Below, piece after piece: positions 12,701 through 25,879 of a DNA stretch of 64,000 nt. Source of the DNA: Lama glama (lineage: Eukaryota). The translations under genes were made by a program, and so were the position numbers. How positions within the stretch are numbered: position 1 is the first letter of the stretch; each line of letters begins with the position of its first letter. The DNA lies in NCBI GenBank assembly GCA_028534125.1, contig CM052817.1:12836001-12900000 (forward strand). Direction: 5' to 3'. A model generated the notes under the pieces. That model was not told the origin of the DNA and did no database searches. It saw nothing but the letters and a program-made list of their open reading frames with translations.

Positions 12701-14645
12701 AAAAGGAAGAAAAATAAACAATTCTGTATTATCTCCTAAAATTTTGGATGAAGAGGGGAACAGAGACATCACTTAGTTCAAACGTCTAAATGTAAAGACA
12801 AAGATCCTGATAGCAAAAGATTTAAAATTACTCAGAAAAGGGCATGTTTCTTGTAACCTAAACTATAACTCAAGTCTCCTGACTCAAATCCAGTGTTCTT
12901 CTATGCCCCTCATGTGCGTTCGAAGTATACTTTAATTTTGAGCACAATATCAGTAATTTCTGTGATTTAGATGATGACGATGCTGAGGGTAGTAAGTCTT
13001 CACTAAGTGTAAGCAGATGTGTGCATCCCCGGTTATAGGAAACAGAATTGAGTAGAAATTAATTATAACCACATTGCTTCCCCAGATTAATCATAATGAG
13101 CTGGTAGTAATGCTTCTACGCGCACTGCATGATAATAGTCAAGTACAGAGTTTATGGTCCTAATTATTTAGTATTAAAGGCTTCATTTTGAGGTACCCAG
13201 AACAGTCAATTAGGAAAAAAAATAGAGTAAGTGCATTTATTGAAACTGGAATTTACAAGGCATTATAGTTGCAGGCATAACAAACACTCCCAAGATCATC
13301 TCAAGAATTGGAATTTAGGGATAACAAACCCGCCAAAATGATGGTATCAGACACTGAATTTGTGATCACAGCTGTGCGTTGCAGCTTCTGAATGATTCAA
13401 TAAAAAAAAATTATTTACAGATAATTCAACATTGCAAAGTCTAGTGGGATTTACTGCTTTCCACCCCCCGTATCCTTTCGGCAGAGAAGTTTTCTGCTGT
13501 CCACATTTCCTAAAAGAGACCTGAATCTTTGATGTTCAACTCCAGGATCAAGTAACAACCAGGGACCATTTCACTGTGGGGAAAAAAAATAGCATTTGGC
13601 CTCATGTCCAAATTCCTCTCCATTGTTCATTTACCAAAAGTAAAATTATAATAAAAACAAGATTATGGACTTTATATAGGCCTATAAAATAACTCCGGAA
13701 AATTACAGATCCAGGAAAAAAAATAATCAAAAACATCAATATCAGCTGTAAAACTTTCTAAAAATGCAACAAATAATGTAATAAAGAACAGAGGCGGAAT
13801 TTGGCTCTGAATTGAGTTGCCCACCTGCAAGTTATTTTTAGGCATCCCCAAGATGGAAAGGAAAACATTAAAAAAAAAAAAAAACTTTCCACAAGTCCCC
13901 ATAAAAAGAGTGCCCTGTGATTGAATCTTCACTCAGACCCCAAACCAAGCTTCCGCTCCTCTATGCACAAGACATTGAATAAACTAAGGATAGAGGAAAA
14001 GAAACAAAAGAAGATAAAACGAAAGATAAACAAGTACCCAAGAAAGGAAGAAATGAAACTATTTCAGAAAATTATTTTAAAGTTCTTTTTTTTCTCTTCA
14101 TTCATGCTCAAAGGTAATTACGCTCACCACACAAACAGCCCATGAGACAGCTTACTTGAGAACAAGCTTTAAAATCTGCTTTCTCTCTCTTTCTGACTCC
14201 CAGAAAGTACCAAGATTGTGCAAAAGAAAGTTATTTGTCAGACTGAATGGAAGAAACATAGAGAAACAACTATGATGAGGAATGCCCTTTGTCTCTGCAA
14301 ATGCATTTTCTTCGCACCCTCACAATCTGTTATTAATGAACAGTGATGTGATCCCAAAGTGAGTGGAACTTAATCATTCTTTTACTGGAAGACAATGCGT
14401 CGTAAAATTATCCAACAACAAAGCACATCTTGAAGAACGCCACCACTGGGCCTAAATTTTTTTTTTCTGTAAATTCTAAAACTTCCGTTTCAAGTTACAT
14501 GGGCCACCAGTTTTAACATAATACCAGATTCGGTGGCCAAATATGGCAAGTATATTTCGAGAAGTGTAGGCCAGGTTGAGGTATAAGGCAAAGGTTTCAG
14601 GTTAATGATACAAGGACCCTGGGAGTCTGGGGTTTTTCTCTTCAG

Positions 14646-16330
14646 TCAGTCTGGCTTCCAGCACCATCACTGCCATGGAAACCTTCCTGGAAAGCCACCC
14701 ACAACATGTATTTTCTAAATCTTAGGGACAATTCACAAGCTCATCTCACTTAGCCTCTCAGTGGTATTCATCACAGCTGGCCACTCCCTCCTCCACACGG
14801 TCATGCTCTCATCCTGTTTCTTCCTCCAGTCCTGCTTTTCTGTCCTCACACTGTATCATCCATTCCCATCTCCCTACCTTCTGTACGTACGCATGCACCG
14901 GGCTGTAGTCCTGAGCCGCTTTTCTTCCTTGCCTTCACTCCTTTCCATTTATTCACATCTATTCGCCGTCTTTTAATATCACCTCTCATCTATGTCCAAC
15001 TTAGAAATTCCCCCTGAGCTTCATGCCCCCACATGCTGCTCTCTCCTTGATGCCGCCACCAAAGTATCCAATAATTTCAAACCTGATGTGACCCCAAAAT
15101 GAACTATTGTTCCCTTTTTCTTCAAACCTCTTCCCTTTTCGATCTTTTCTATATTGTTTCCTTTTAAATTTTTATTTGTTGAAGTAGAGTCGATTTACAA
15201 TAGTATATTAGTTTCAGGTGTACACCATGGAGATCCAATATTTTTATACATTATACTCTGCTTCAAGTTATTATAAAAGTGTGGCTATATTCTCTGTGTT
15301 GTACAATATATCCTTACAGCTTATTTATTTTACACGTAGAAGTTTGTACCTTTTAATCTCCTATATTGCCCTTCTCAGCCCTCCCCGTTGGGAGCCACTA
15401 GTTTGTTCGTATCTGTGAGTCTGTTTCTGTCATTATGTTCATTTGTTTGTCCTACCTTGTTAAGTGGTACTGTCACCTACCTAGGTGCTCAAAGACAATA
15501 AACCTAGAAGTCATCTTTGAGTGCTCCCTTTTGCTAATCCCTCACACCCGATTCATAATCAAATCTTTTATTTCGATCTCCAAAAAGTCTCAAATGTGTT
15601 CTCTTCTTTTCTAGCTGCTTGGCTACTAATTTGGCCTGATTCTCTTCACATTTGCCTGGATTACAGCAATGGCTTCCAGACTGGCTTTCATGTGTCTGTC
15701 AATGCCCGCTTGCAATCTGATTTTCACACAGAAAGCCCAGGGATGGGTTTAAATGTGTAAACGGTGTATTCCAACCGAGTATCAGTGTATAAATTCCCTC
15801 CTTTGATTACAATCCTTTAATGGCTTTCTACTGCGGCAAATCCAACATTTTCAACATGACCTATAAGGCCCACCCTTATTTTCCCTCTCCAACTCGTGTG
15901 CTATATACTTGACACGTTGATTTCCTTTTAGTTCCTCAGTCAAGTCAAACTCTTTACTGCCCCAGGGCCTTTGCATTTGTGGTCCTATTTACTTGGACCC
16001 TCTCCTCTGCTCCCTTTCCTCACTTATCTTCATAGCACCACCTTCTCCTTCCTATATTCAGGCTTTACCCTCAGTCGCTCCTAGACCACAGAGTCTATTT
16101 TCTTCAGGGCACTTATCAGTGAATTTACCTAGACCAGTTCTTTGTTGCCTTATTTATTTATTGTCTGTCCCCCTTACTTCTTATGTACAACCACCTCACT
16201 GAGAACAAGTACCTTAAAGGTCTCATTCACTGCTGTAAACGCCAGCACCTGGAAGAGTGACTTGTATACTGTAAGCATTAAATAGAGATGTCAGGTGAAC
16301 GAACGAATGATTGTGGGAAAGAATGAATGA
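14646..16330 (+). mobile_element. L2 element (RT remnant through 3' end), interrupted by L1
   Basis: 'cagtctggcttccagcaccatcactgccatggaaacc' corresponds to QSGFRxxHSTET, and LSVVFITAGHSLL to LSAAFDTVDHSLL of L2 RT; ends in a (GAAT)n-like tail near 16330. Confidence 0.8.
15165..15450 (-). mobile_element. L1 3' end fragment inserted in L2
   Basis: 'ttgaagtagagtcgatttacaatagtatattagtttcaggtgtacac...tggctatattctctgtgttgtacaatatatcct'. Confidence 0.8.
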
Positions 16331-17063
16331 GAGCCAGCAGCAAAAAGGGAAGGCATGAAATGTCATCTGCACAATGACACACAAAGTCCAGTGGGTAAGA
16401 CAGACATCAATAATTGTAATGTGTTAGCATAGCTGGTGAAAAAATTAACACAAAATAAGATAGGAACACTGACAGGCTCTGACTTCCATTTGGGCAGGAA
16501 ATGACTAAGAGGGGACGCTTCAGAAGCATTGTTTTCAGGGACGCTTATGGCACCAGGATTTGCCTCCATGCTTTTTTTTTTTCTTTTCTTTTCCTGCCAA
16601 AAGTAGTGTTTTCTCCACATTGGCCTCCAATTAGAGATTTTTAAAGGTGCTTTAAAACCCCATTCTCTAAGACACCCTTGCACAGAAATCAGCAGGTCCC
16701 CGGAGAGAACCCAGGCTCCACGCAGTGAGGCTAGAGAATGGAGAACAATGACAACACGCCCTGGATTGTCGGGATGGGGGAGCAGCAACCTCCATGGAAA
16801 TCAGTTGATGGCGCTCATTAGACTGTTTCCTGTGCACAGGAACGTGTTGTGGCAATTCAAGATTCAGCAAATACCAAGAAAGTTTCACAGCTGCACAGCT
16901 ACCATCACTGCCTGACAAATCCCTACCCTTCCTTTAAGAACCGGTTCAGATGTCTTCTCCTCTTTGAAGTATTTGCATCTGATCCATCACTTCCTTTCCT
17001 GAGCCCCAGTAGGCTTCTATAATGGCATGCGTTACAATGAATAGCAATATTTATCTGGCACAT

Positions 17064-17433
17064 TGCGTTAGCCACCTCAGGCTGCCATCACACAACGTCA
17101 TATTCTGGGTGGTTTAAACAGCAGAAGTTTGTTTTCCCACGGTTCTGGTCTGGAGGCTAGAAGTTCAAGATTAAAGTGTTGTCAGGGCTGGTTTCTGGTG
17201 AGGATCTCTCCTGGCTTGTAGCCTTCTGGCTCTGTCTTCGAATCATGGAGAGAGAGATCCCTTGTCTCTTCCTCTTGGTACCAGGGTGCCAGCCCTATCA
17301 GATTAGGGCCTCAGTGTATGACATCATTTAACTTTATCACTTCCTTACAGGCTCCTTCTCAGCAAACAGGCACATCAGGAGCCAGATCTTCGACATGTGA
17401 ATACTGAGAGGACACAGCGTTCAGTCCGTAACA
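17064..17433 (-). mobile_element. MLT1A/B-like MaLR solo LTR inserted in an L2 3' end
   Basis: 'tgcgttagccacctcaggctgccatc...ggtggtttaaacagcagaag...ctggaggctagaagttcaagatt...gacacagcgttcagtccgtaaca'; L2 tail resumes at 17434-17570. Confidence 0.85.
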
Positions 17434-18557
17434 CATCTATCTCACCAGGACCATGTCTTGGTCATATTTCAAACCTAGCACTTGCATCTGTGGAGCCTGG
17501 CATAGATTAAAGTCTCAAAAAATAACTTTTCAATGAAAGGATGGATGAATGAATGGATGGGTGGATGAAGAAATCTTAAACGAGGTAAAAATACTATTTG
17601 GGGATGTAATTCAATTTTTATGTTGTTACATAGTTCTTTTAATTGATTATAATGTCCCATGAGAATCAGCAGCTTTTAAGGTATAAGATTGAAATGTAAC
17701 ATTCTAAGAGCTGACATAATGAAATTGGCCTTATGACGTTCAACTAATCTACCCCATGACCTTGGTCTTTAGATTAAAGACAAGCTACTGTGGTTCAGTA
17801 TTCTAAGTAATTTGAATTTTATATGTTGTAGAATGAATTGCAATTTCCAGTATAGGAAAATGAAAAAGAACAGTCTGAACATTAGAAAAGCAGTTGCTTC
17901 TCTTACACTTTATTTGCCCTGACTATGTTTTGATTCATAGAGCATTAAGTACCGTAGGGGTCATGAGCTCAAACTTCTTAACCCGATGCTCTCAATAGTT
18001 ATTGTCCCATTGCTTTAGGTTCTTCCTCTTAAGGAACACTGATATTTACAACATGTGAAAAATAATGCCCAGTTTCACAGAATTGCCTCATTGAATTAAC
18101 ATTGTGTTCATACACCCAGACATCTTATAAAATTCCATTGGTTAAATAAAAGGGGAAAGTCCTACAAAAAATATATACAATGCCACTGCCTTCAAAATCT
18201 GAATTTAAAAAGTCACCCTGCAGACATACCCAAAAACAAAAGGAAACGTTTATATTTATCTCAAATACTGATAGACACTATCATGACAACTTTTTTTTAA
18301 AATTACAAGTAACTTAACCTGTTCACTTTCTGTTCTAGGAAAAAAAAGTGTACAAGGAATCAGATATGGGTAAGCATATATATGTCTATACTATTATCTG
18401 TCACGCTGACTGGTCTTAATTTCATACCTATGCTTTCTGTAACACCCCTCGCCCAACTTTACCTCTTACCCACTTGGCATTCTTCACCCCACCACCCTGC
18501 TCTCCTTCATTTCTCCCCCAGCACTCACCGCCTTCTCACATACTGTATAATTGAAAC

Positions 18558-18981
18558 TTATTTTATTGAAGCACAGTTGTTCTATAATATTATATAAGTT
18601 ACAAGCATACACTATAGTGATTCACAATTTTAAAACATTATACCCTGTTTATAGTTATTCTAAAATATTGGCTATATTCCCCATGTTGTACAATATACCC
18701 TTGTAGCTTGTTTTGTACCTCTTAATCTCCTTACCCTATCTTACCCCTCCCCACTTCCCTCTCTCCACTGGTAGCTACCAATTTGTTCCCTGTATCTGCT
18801 TCTATTTTGTTATACTCTCTAGTTTGTTGTATTTTTTTAGATTCTACATGTAAGTGACATCATACAGTATTTGTCTTTCTCTGTCTGACTTACGTCACTT
18901 AGCATAATGCCCTCCAAGTCCATCCATGTTGCTGCAAATGGCAAAATTTTGTTCTTTTTTATGGCTTAGGAGTGTTCCATT
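18558..18981 (-). mobile_element. L1 3' UTR/3' end
   Basis: 'ttttattgaagcacagttg...ttagattctacatgtaagtgacatcatacagtatttgtctttctctgtctgactta...ccatgttgctgcaaatggcaaaattt'. Confidence 0.88.
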
Positions 18982-18987
18982 CTTTAT

Positions 18988-19106
18988 TTGTTCAGATTTG
19001 CTGGAGAGTTCAAAATCTTTACAGGCAAGCAAAAGCTATAAGAGTTCAGCACCATCACACCAGCTTTACTACATGTTAAAAGGAACTTCTCTAGGCAGAA
19101 AAAAAA
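18988..19106 (+). mobile_element. L1 ORF1 C-terminal fragment, inverted relative to the adjacent L1 3' end
   Basis: From 18991 reads FRFAGEFKIFTGKQKL*EFSTITPAL, then 'gaacttctctag', matching the L1 ORF1p end (RFDGEIKSFTDKQKLREFSTTKPAL...ELL*). Confidence 0.8.
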
Positions 19107-19779
19107 TGATTATTTTTATAATTATTCTTTATGATTTACTTGTGAAAATTTATGCTCCACAAGGGCAAGAAATTTTGTTTTATTCACTTACAATCCAAGT
19201 TCCTACAAAAGTGTCTGGTATACAACAGGCCCCCAAATGAATATTCAGGAAATTAATAAAGTAAATAAAGTGGTTACTTTCTTGAAAAGGTAAATATCTC
19301 ATTGATCATTTCTGATTCCATCATGATCTAACTAAATGTATTGGAATTGTGTCAATATTTGTAGATGAATGCCTATTTTAATGTTTCAGATTTTAGCATG
19401 TTCTGTTTTACCTTAGTAACATTAATCTGAGATCTTATTTAGTGTAAATAAACAAACAGATCAAAAAGTACCTAATGACATTTTCAAAAATATTCTGCTT
19501 ATGCAGGCTATATACATTTATTAGTGATTTGTCCTCTACTACTTCATTGATCACTACTTCAGCAAAGACCCAGCCTTCCCTCAGAGCACATGGTGTTAGG
19601 AAGCAGAAGACCTGGATGTAAGTTCTGGCTCCAACACTCACGAGATATTTAGCTTGGGTTCATCTCTCTTTGTGTTGTAACAACAGTCATACCAACTTTC
19701 ACCAGGAATTGTAAGACGTCATGCTTGCGAGAGAGGAATACAAACTATAAGCTGCTAATGCAGAATTTCACAATGTGCT

Positions 19780-20005
19780 AGAGTACATTAGTGCCACTCA
19801 AGGTGTTAATAAGTGTTCTACAAAAACATAGCCAAATAAACCAAAATGGGTTTTTGAGCCTTTAATATGCTAATAGGTACAGTGAATCACCAAGAGGAAA
19901 ATGCAGTATGCTTTACCTACCCAACTTTTTTTCTTAAATATAAAATCATTTTTCTCAAGTTTTACCAATTCTTTCTGCCAAAATATTCCTTTAATGCTGG
20001 GCTTT
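19780..20005. mobile_element. hAT-Charlie MER-type MITE (subfamily uncertain)
   Basis: 'gagcctttaatatgctaat...gtgaatcaccaagagga...agtatgc' is a Charlie-derived motif. Confidence 0.5.
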
Positions 20006-20187
20006 AGAAGTTTTAATTATTTTCATGCTATATAGGTGACTAATTAACAACTCAAACTACTTAAAAGACTTCTCCACAGAAAACTGCAGGTCATTTGCTA
20101 TGTATAGCCTTCTTCATCTAGTTAAATACAACTTCGTATTTAAAATTTTTTTTGAGTATTATTATTTATCAAAAGTATATTTATTCT

Positions 20188-22460
20188 ACAATTCCTTTCA
20201 TGATAGCAACAAAAAGAATAAAATTCTTAGATAAATTTAATGAAGAAGTTTAAGAATTTTGCAATGGAAATGATAAGATATTGTTAAGGAAAATTAAAGA
20301 AGATCTAAAGCATTCCATGTTCATTGATTCAAAGATTCAGTATTGTCAAGATGGCAATTATTTTCAATTGATCTGTAGGTTCAACATAAGATTCACATCA
20401 AGCCTCCACAGGCTTTTCGCATAAATTGAACGTTGGTCTAGAAATTCACATGGGATTGGAAAAACCTAAGGTAGTCAAAACAATCTTGAAAAGAAATTGA
20501 GCAAAACTAGAAGACTTTAATTTTTCCAATTTCAAACTCACTGTAAAGCTATAGTTTTGAAGACAGAGTGGTACTGGCAGAGGATAAATATGTACATCAA
20601 TAGAACAGAACTGAGAGTCTAGAAATAAAGCCTTACATTTCTAGCTAATTGATTTTTAACAAAAATACCAAAGCAGTTAATTAGGGAAAAGGACAACTTT
20701 GTTAAGAGATGGTGATGGAGCAATTGTATATCCACAATAATATGGATTTAGACTCTTACTTCACACTACACATAAAAACTGACACAAAATTTACTATAGA
20801 CTAAAATATAAGAGCTAAAATAACAAAACTTTTGGTAGATAGCGTAGGAAGAAAGCTTCTGGACCTTGGTTAGGCAATGGGTTATGACCCAAAAGTACAA
20901 TCTATATGGTCTGCAAAATAATCGCCCTTCATGCCTTAATTCCCAGAACCTATAAATATGCTCCAGTATGCGGCAAAGGGGAATTAAGTTTGCAGATGGA
21001 ATCGAAGTTGCTAATCTGCTGTCCTTAAAATAGAGACATTATCCTTGGCTCTCCAGGAAGGCCCAAGGTAACCAGATATTTAAAAGTAGAAGAGAAATGG
21101 AGATGGAGGAATTAGATCAGAGTGATGTGATATGAGAACTTGACTCACTATTTTGGCTCTGAAGATTGACGAGCAGGGTCACAAGCAATGAAATAGAGGC
21201 AATCTCCAGAAGCTGCAAAGGGCAAGGTAATATATTCTCCCCTAGAGCCTTCCAAAAGGAACACAACACTGCCACACCTTGATTTTAGCTCAGTGAGATC
21301 CTTTTCAGAATTTCGAACTACGAAACTTCAGTATGATGACTTTGTGTTGTTTTAAGTCACTAGGTTTCTGGTAATGTGTATGGTACCCATAGAAACCTAG
21401 TACAGAAGAAAATCTTCAAGACCTCGGGTAAAACAAAGATTTCTTAAATATGATACCAAAAGCACAATACACCAGATATTAAAAGTGATAAATGATAAAT
21501 TTGACCTCATCAAAATTCAATACATCTGTACTTCAAAAGACATTAATAAAATGAAAAAATAAACAACAGACTGGAAAAAATATTTGTAAAACAAATATTT
21601 GATAAAGGATTCATATATTAATATAAAGAAAATATTTATAGCTCAATAATAAGAAAATAAACAACCCAACAAAAGTAGATAAAAGAATTGAATATATATT
21701 TGAATAAAGAAGATATACAAGTAGGTAACAAGTATAAGGCAAAATGCCCATCATTAGTCTTTAGGAAATGCAGATCAAAACCACTATTAGATACCATTAC
21801 AGATCTACTAAAATGGCTATAAATAAAATTGGCATACAATAACAAATGAATGTGACAAATGAAAAAAAATAGTGATATAAAATAGTGTAGCCATTTTAAA
21901 AAGCAGTTTGAGAGTTTCTTAAAAAGTTAAACATATATTTGCCATAGGACCTAGGAATTCCACTCTTAGGTGTCAGTCCAAGAAAAATAAAAATATATAT
22001 CCACACTAAGACTTTTACAGAAATGTTCTTAGCAGATTTATTTATAATAGACAAAATTTAGAAACAGCCTAGATAACCCTCAGCTGACGAATGGATAGGC
22101 AAAGTAGTATATCCATGTGATGGAACACTATTCAGTAATAAAAAGAAACAAAGTATTGATGCATGCCAGACGATGGACAAACCTCGAAAACATTATGCTG
22201 AGTAAAAGAAACCAGACACAAGAAAACATATGTTGTATCATTACTTTATGTGAAATGTCCATAAAAGGCAAATCTATAGTTTAAGATAGAGTTTAATCAG
22301 TGGACACAGATCTTATTGAGGTGATGGGAAGTTTCTAAAACTGATTTACTGTGATGATTGCACAATTTGTGAATTTACTAAAAAAAAAAACAACTCATTA
22401 AAAAATTGTATACTTGCAAGGGGTGAAGTATATGATAAATAAAGTATGTCTCACTGAAGT
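20188..22460 (+). mobile_element. Old L1M (L1MB/MC-like) ORF2 3' half and 3'UTR, interrupted by MLT1D
   Basis: 'ccatgttcattgattcaaagattcagtattgtcaagatggcaatt', 'gtggtactggcagaggata', 'caatagaacagaactgagagtctagaaataaa', 'aaaacattatgctgagtaaaagaaaccagacacaa'. Confidence 0.85.
20905..21404 (+). mobile_element. MLT1D solo LTR
   Basis: 'ggcaaaggggaattaagtttgcagatggaatcgaagttgctaatc' is characteristic of MLT1D; ends 'gttttaagtcactaggtttctggtaat...agaaacctagtaca'. Confidence 0.85.
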
Positions 22461-25400
22461 CATATATAAAAATGTATGTATTCTGCATTTAAGATGTGAT
22501 TCTAAAAGTTTCCCCAATTCTAACCTACTATTTTTCTTCCATCCTTGGTTTAACACATTTCCCAAAAAAAAATCTCAAAATAAAAAAAATCAGTGAAGAC
22601 TGGCTTTTGGTACCATAAAGCCCAATTGAAAGAGAGGTTTTTAGAAACACTTCTGCTCTAGAAAGTGAGATATGACTATGAAATTATCCCTTTTGAAATC
22701 AGTTTACACAATTCACAACTATATAATGTTGACAACTCCCAAATTATACATTTTCACAGATTTTAGAATGAATTTTTATAATGAACCTTCTATTTTAAAA
22801 TGAACAGAGCTAAATATTAAATGGCCTATGAGCTTATCAACTGTCAAATGGAAAATAAAATAAGAAATAGGCTGCCGCTGGAAACTTCATCCCCATGGCT
22901 AACTTGTCATTCACTACGAGGTAATTTATCAGCAGCAGGGACTGAAAAAATACACAATTTAAAATATAAATTTGGTTAAGCCATTTTTGAAAATGCTTCA
23001 TTTAATGCTTATTGAATTATAGCCAGTCACCTCAATAATTTTTTTTTCAACACGGCCCCTGCTGTTAGAATTTACAATAAAAATTGGAGATAACAAAACA
23101 TATAATTCCCTAACATTTCAATGCAGTGAACCATTAAACAAGAGGCATGTTTGCAAAATCAAAACCTGGATGTATTTTTATTATTATTTTCAAAGAAAGA
23201 ACTTCTGGCACACATCCCAGACTCCACATTCAGAACAGAAATTAAAGCAATTAAAGTCTCATTGAGAATTACTGATAATAATATAACATAAACAGTGGAT
23301 CTTACATTATAGCTGTCTAGATAAGCTACCATTATAGAAGAGAGTAGAGCAAGTAGAAATTCCAAATCTCTTATTTTTTGGTTACTATTAGCAACATTTG
23401 CAAGGAGCTAAGCCAAGGTGGGGGATAAACAAAGAATCAAGAGTCTGGGAAAGAATGGGATCTTAGGCCCTCCCTCTCTGCCTCTGGTTTATAAAAACTG
23501 GCTTATAGAGGACATAATAACCACAGGAAACATATTAATGACATTAAATCTAATACGCATGGAAAGAACTGAAACTAAAATCCATTAAAACGGTTTCAGA
23601 GAGATTGATCGGTTGAGATTTTGAAATAGCCATAGATAAAATGATTTGGTGAATAATTCACTAGGTGAACATCCATTTGAAAAACAAATGAACGAAAGCA
23701 ACACAGTACCTTTACCATTATTCTATTATCTGTTAGGAATAAACTGAGTAAATTGTTATTCTATTGGAGACTCCTCAAAATTTCAAATGATTAACAGTAC
23801 CTTTTATAATAAAAACATTTACTATCAGTTAAGAATTTCAAAATATACACAGCATTTTATAGTTACATTATTTTCCATAGCACATTTCTACAAGCCAGTG
23901 CTTTAAATTTTTTGAAGATTTTATTTGTTCCAAAGCTCAATAAAATATATATATGTTTGAAGGTCCTGCAATGAGGAGGGTGGGTCATAAAATATTTAAT
24001 TACTATCCATAAAATTGACTCCATGATTATGCAAATAAGGGTATGCTTTTAGTTAAATTTGTTATAAAAAAACTACTTTCAAATCAGATCATGTTACACT
24101 ATTAGTTAAACATCAAAGGAAAGCAAACTATGTTTTATCCACAGAATCAACGTATCTGCTAAATGACTACGACAGAAACATCAACAATTCCTTTCTCATA
24201 CCTGAGAATTTACAAGTAAAAAATTTCCCCTGTTAAATGTATATGCCCCCCCAGAAATGACTAGATTTTCATGAAAATATTACTGATGACTGAAGAAGAG
24301 TAATATAAATCTCAAGCATTCCAGACACAACTTCAGAAATAAGAGTCTTGGTGAGACAGACCATCTTAACATGTCCAGCCTTCTCTTTCCCTTTCAAAAC
24401 TCAAATCAAACTTCCTGCTTGGTCCCAAATGCTGGTTGCTTTGACTGGGCACCTAATTTCATTTTCATTTTTTGCTCTTCAATTAACATAGCCATCAACT
24501 AGCTGAGTAGAACAGTGCAAGTAGGATCTTGTATGGACAGGTTATGTTAATTATCAATAACAATAATAATAAAACTAAACTCTTTTCATACATAACCTCA
24601 TTGAATCTTTACAGATGGGTGAACATTAAGTATCATTAATCACATTTCGATAAGAAACCTAGGTTTAGGAAAACAAAGCATGAGACCACAAATTCCAATA
24701 ATCCTCAATGTATCGTTACTCTGTTTGGCACTGAGGATACAACTGTGACAAAGACAAATTCCTTGTTAGCATTTCTGCCCCTGAAACATCTGCCCTAGTT
24801 TAGTCTCTCACCCAGGATCTTTCCACACTCTGCTAACTTGTTTCTCTTTTCCGATATACTAATGCTAAAGGGTTTCTTGAAATTATATTAGTGGCAAAAT
24901 GGGGATGGATCACAGCCAACTACAGATACTGAAGGCTTTTCCTTTCACACCACTGAAATGATTCTTCTGTCAACTCTACCATCAATTGCTGGGGTTTACA
25001 AATGTACTTGGACCATTAGGGAGGGACATGTACGTGCATTGCAGCTCAGACGGGATTCAGGAAGGAAAAAGGGAGAAGAATCTCTTGTAGGAAAACACTC
25101 AGACAACTTAGGCAGCTGCTGATGGAAGACCCTCCACTAAGAGTGATGGGAAGGTCAACTGGATGATTCCTCAGCACAGGAACCATTCAGAGTTCACTTC
25201 CCAAGCAAAGAAACTCAAGTACATCAGCTTGTCTTTCATGAGGCTCCCTGGCACTGGCAATGGAAGATACTGGGCAGCCCTGCTGCTATTGAGTTCACTC
25301 TCAGCAGATTCCTTAGGAGGAATCCCCTGTCCGAGAACCAACAGGACTTCTTAAAGGCACACTCCGCCCAAGTCTCTTCTGCCCGCAGCCCACATAAAGA

Positions 25401-25879
25401 TTTTTTAGCCTCCAGGATATAAGCAATGTAATTTTTTTTTTATTATCATCCCAATCTTTTGTTAAGAAATATCTTTATATCCTGCATTATTCAGAGCCTT
25501 CTTTTGTTCTCAAGAGTCATTCTTCTAACAAAATGCTACTCTTGCAAAACAAAATTTGCATTTTCTAAACTACTGTCTTAAGGGTTTTAAGACTTATTTT
25601 AAAAGCATTTGTGCCATAACAATTTAAAATTTTTCCTGAAGCAAGATTATGACTCTGATTAGAGCCAGAATCTCATAGACCTAGTGCTAAGTAACACATA
25701 ACAATGCTTAATTTTATGAGTTTTTTTCACCACAATGGTTGATATCTATGCTAACCATATGCCAAGAATTGCACCAAGAAGGCTCGCTTGCTTTATCATA
25801 TTTAAACACCATTAAATAATTCTATATACTGTGTACTATTATTATTCCCACTGTAGTGCAAATGCATATTCTATTCCTG

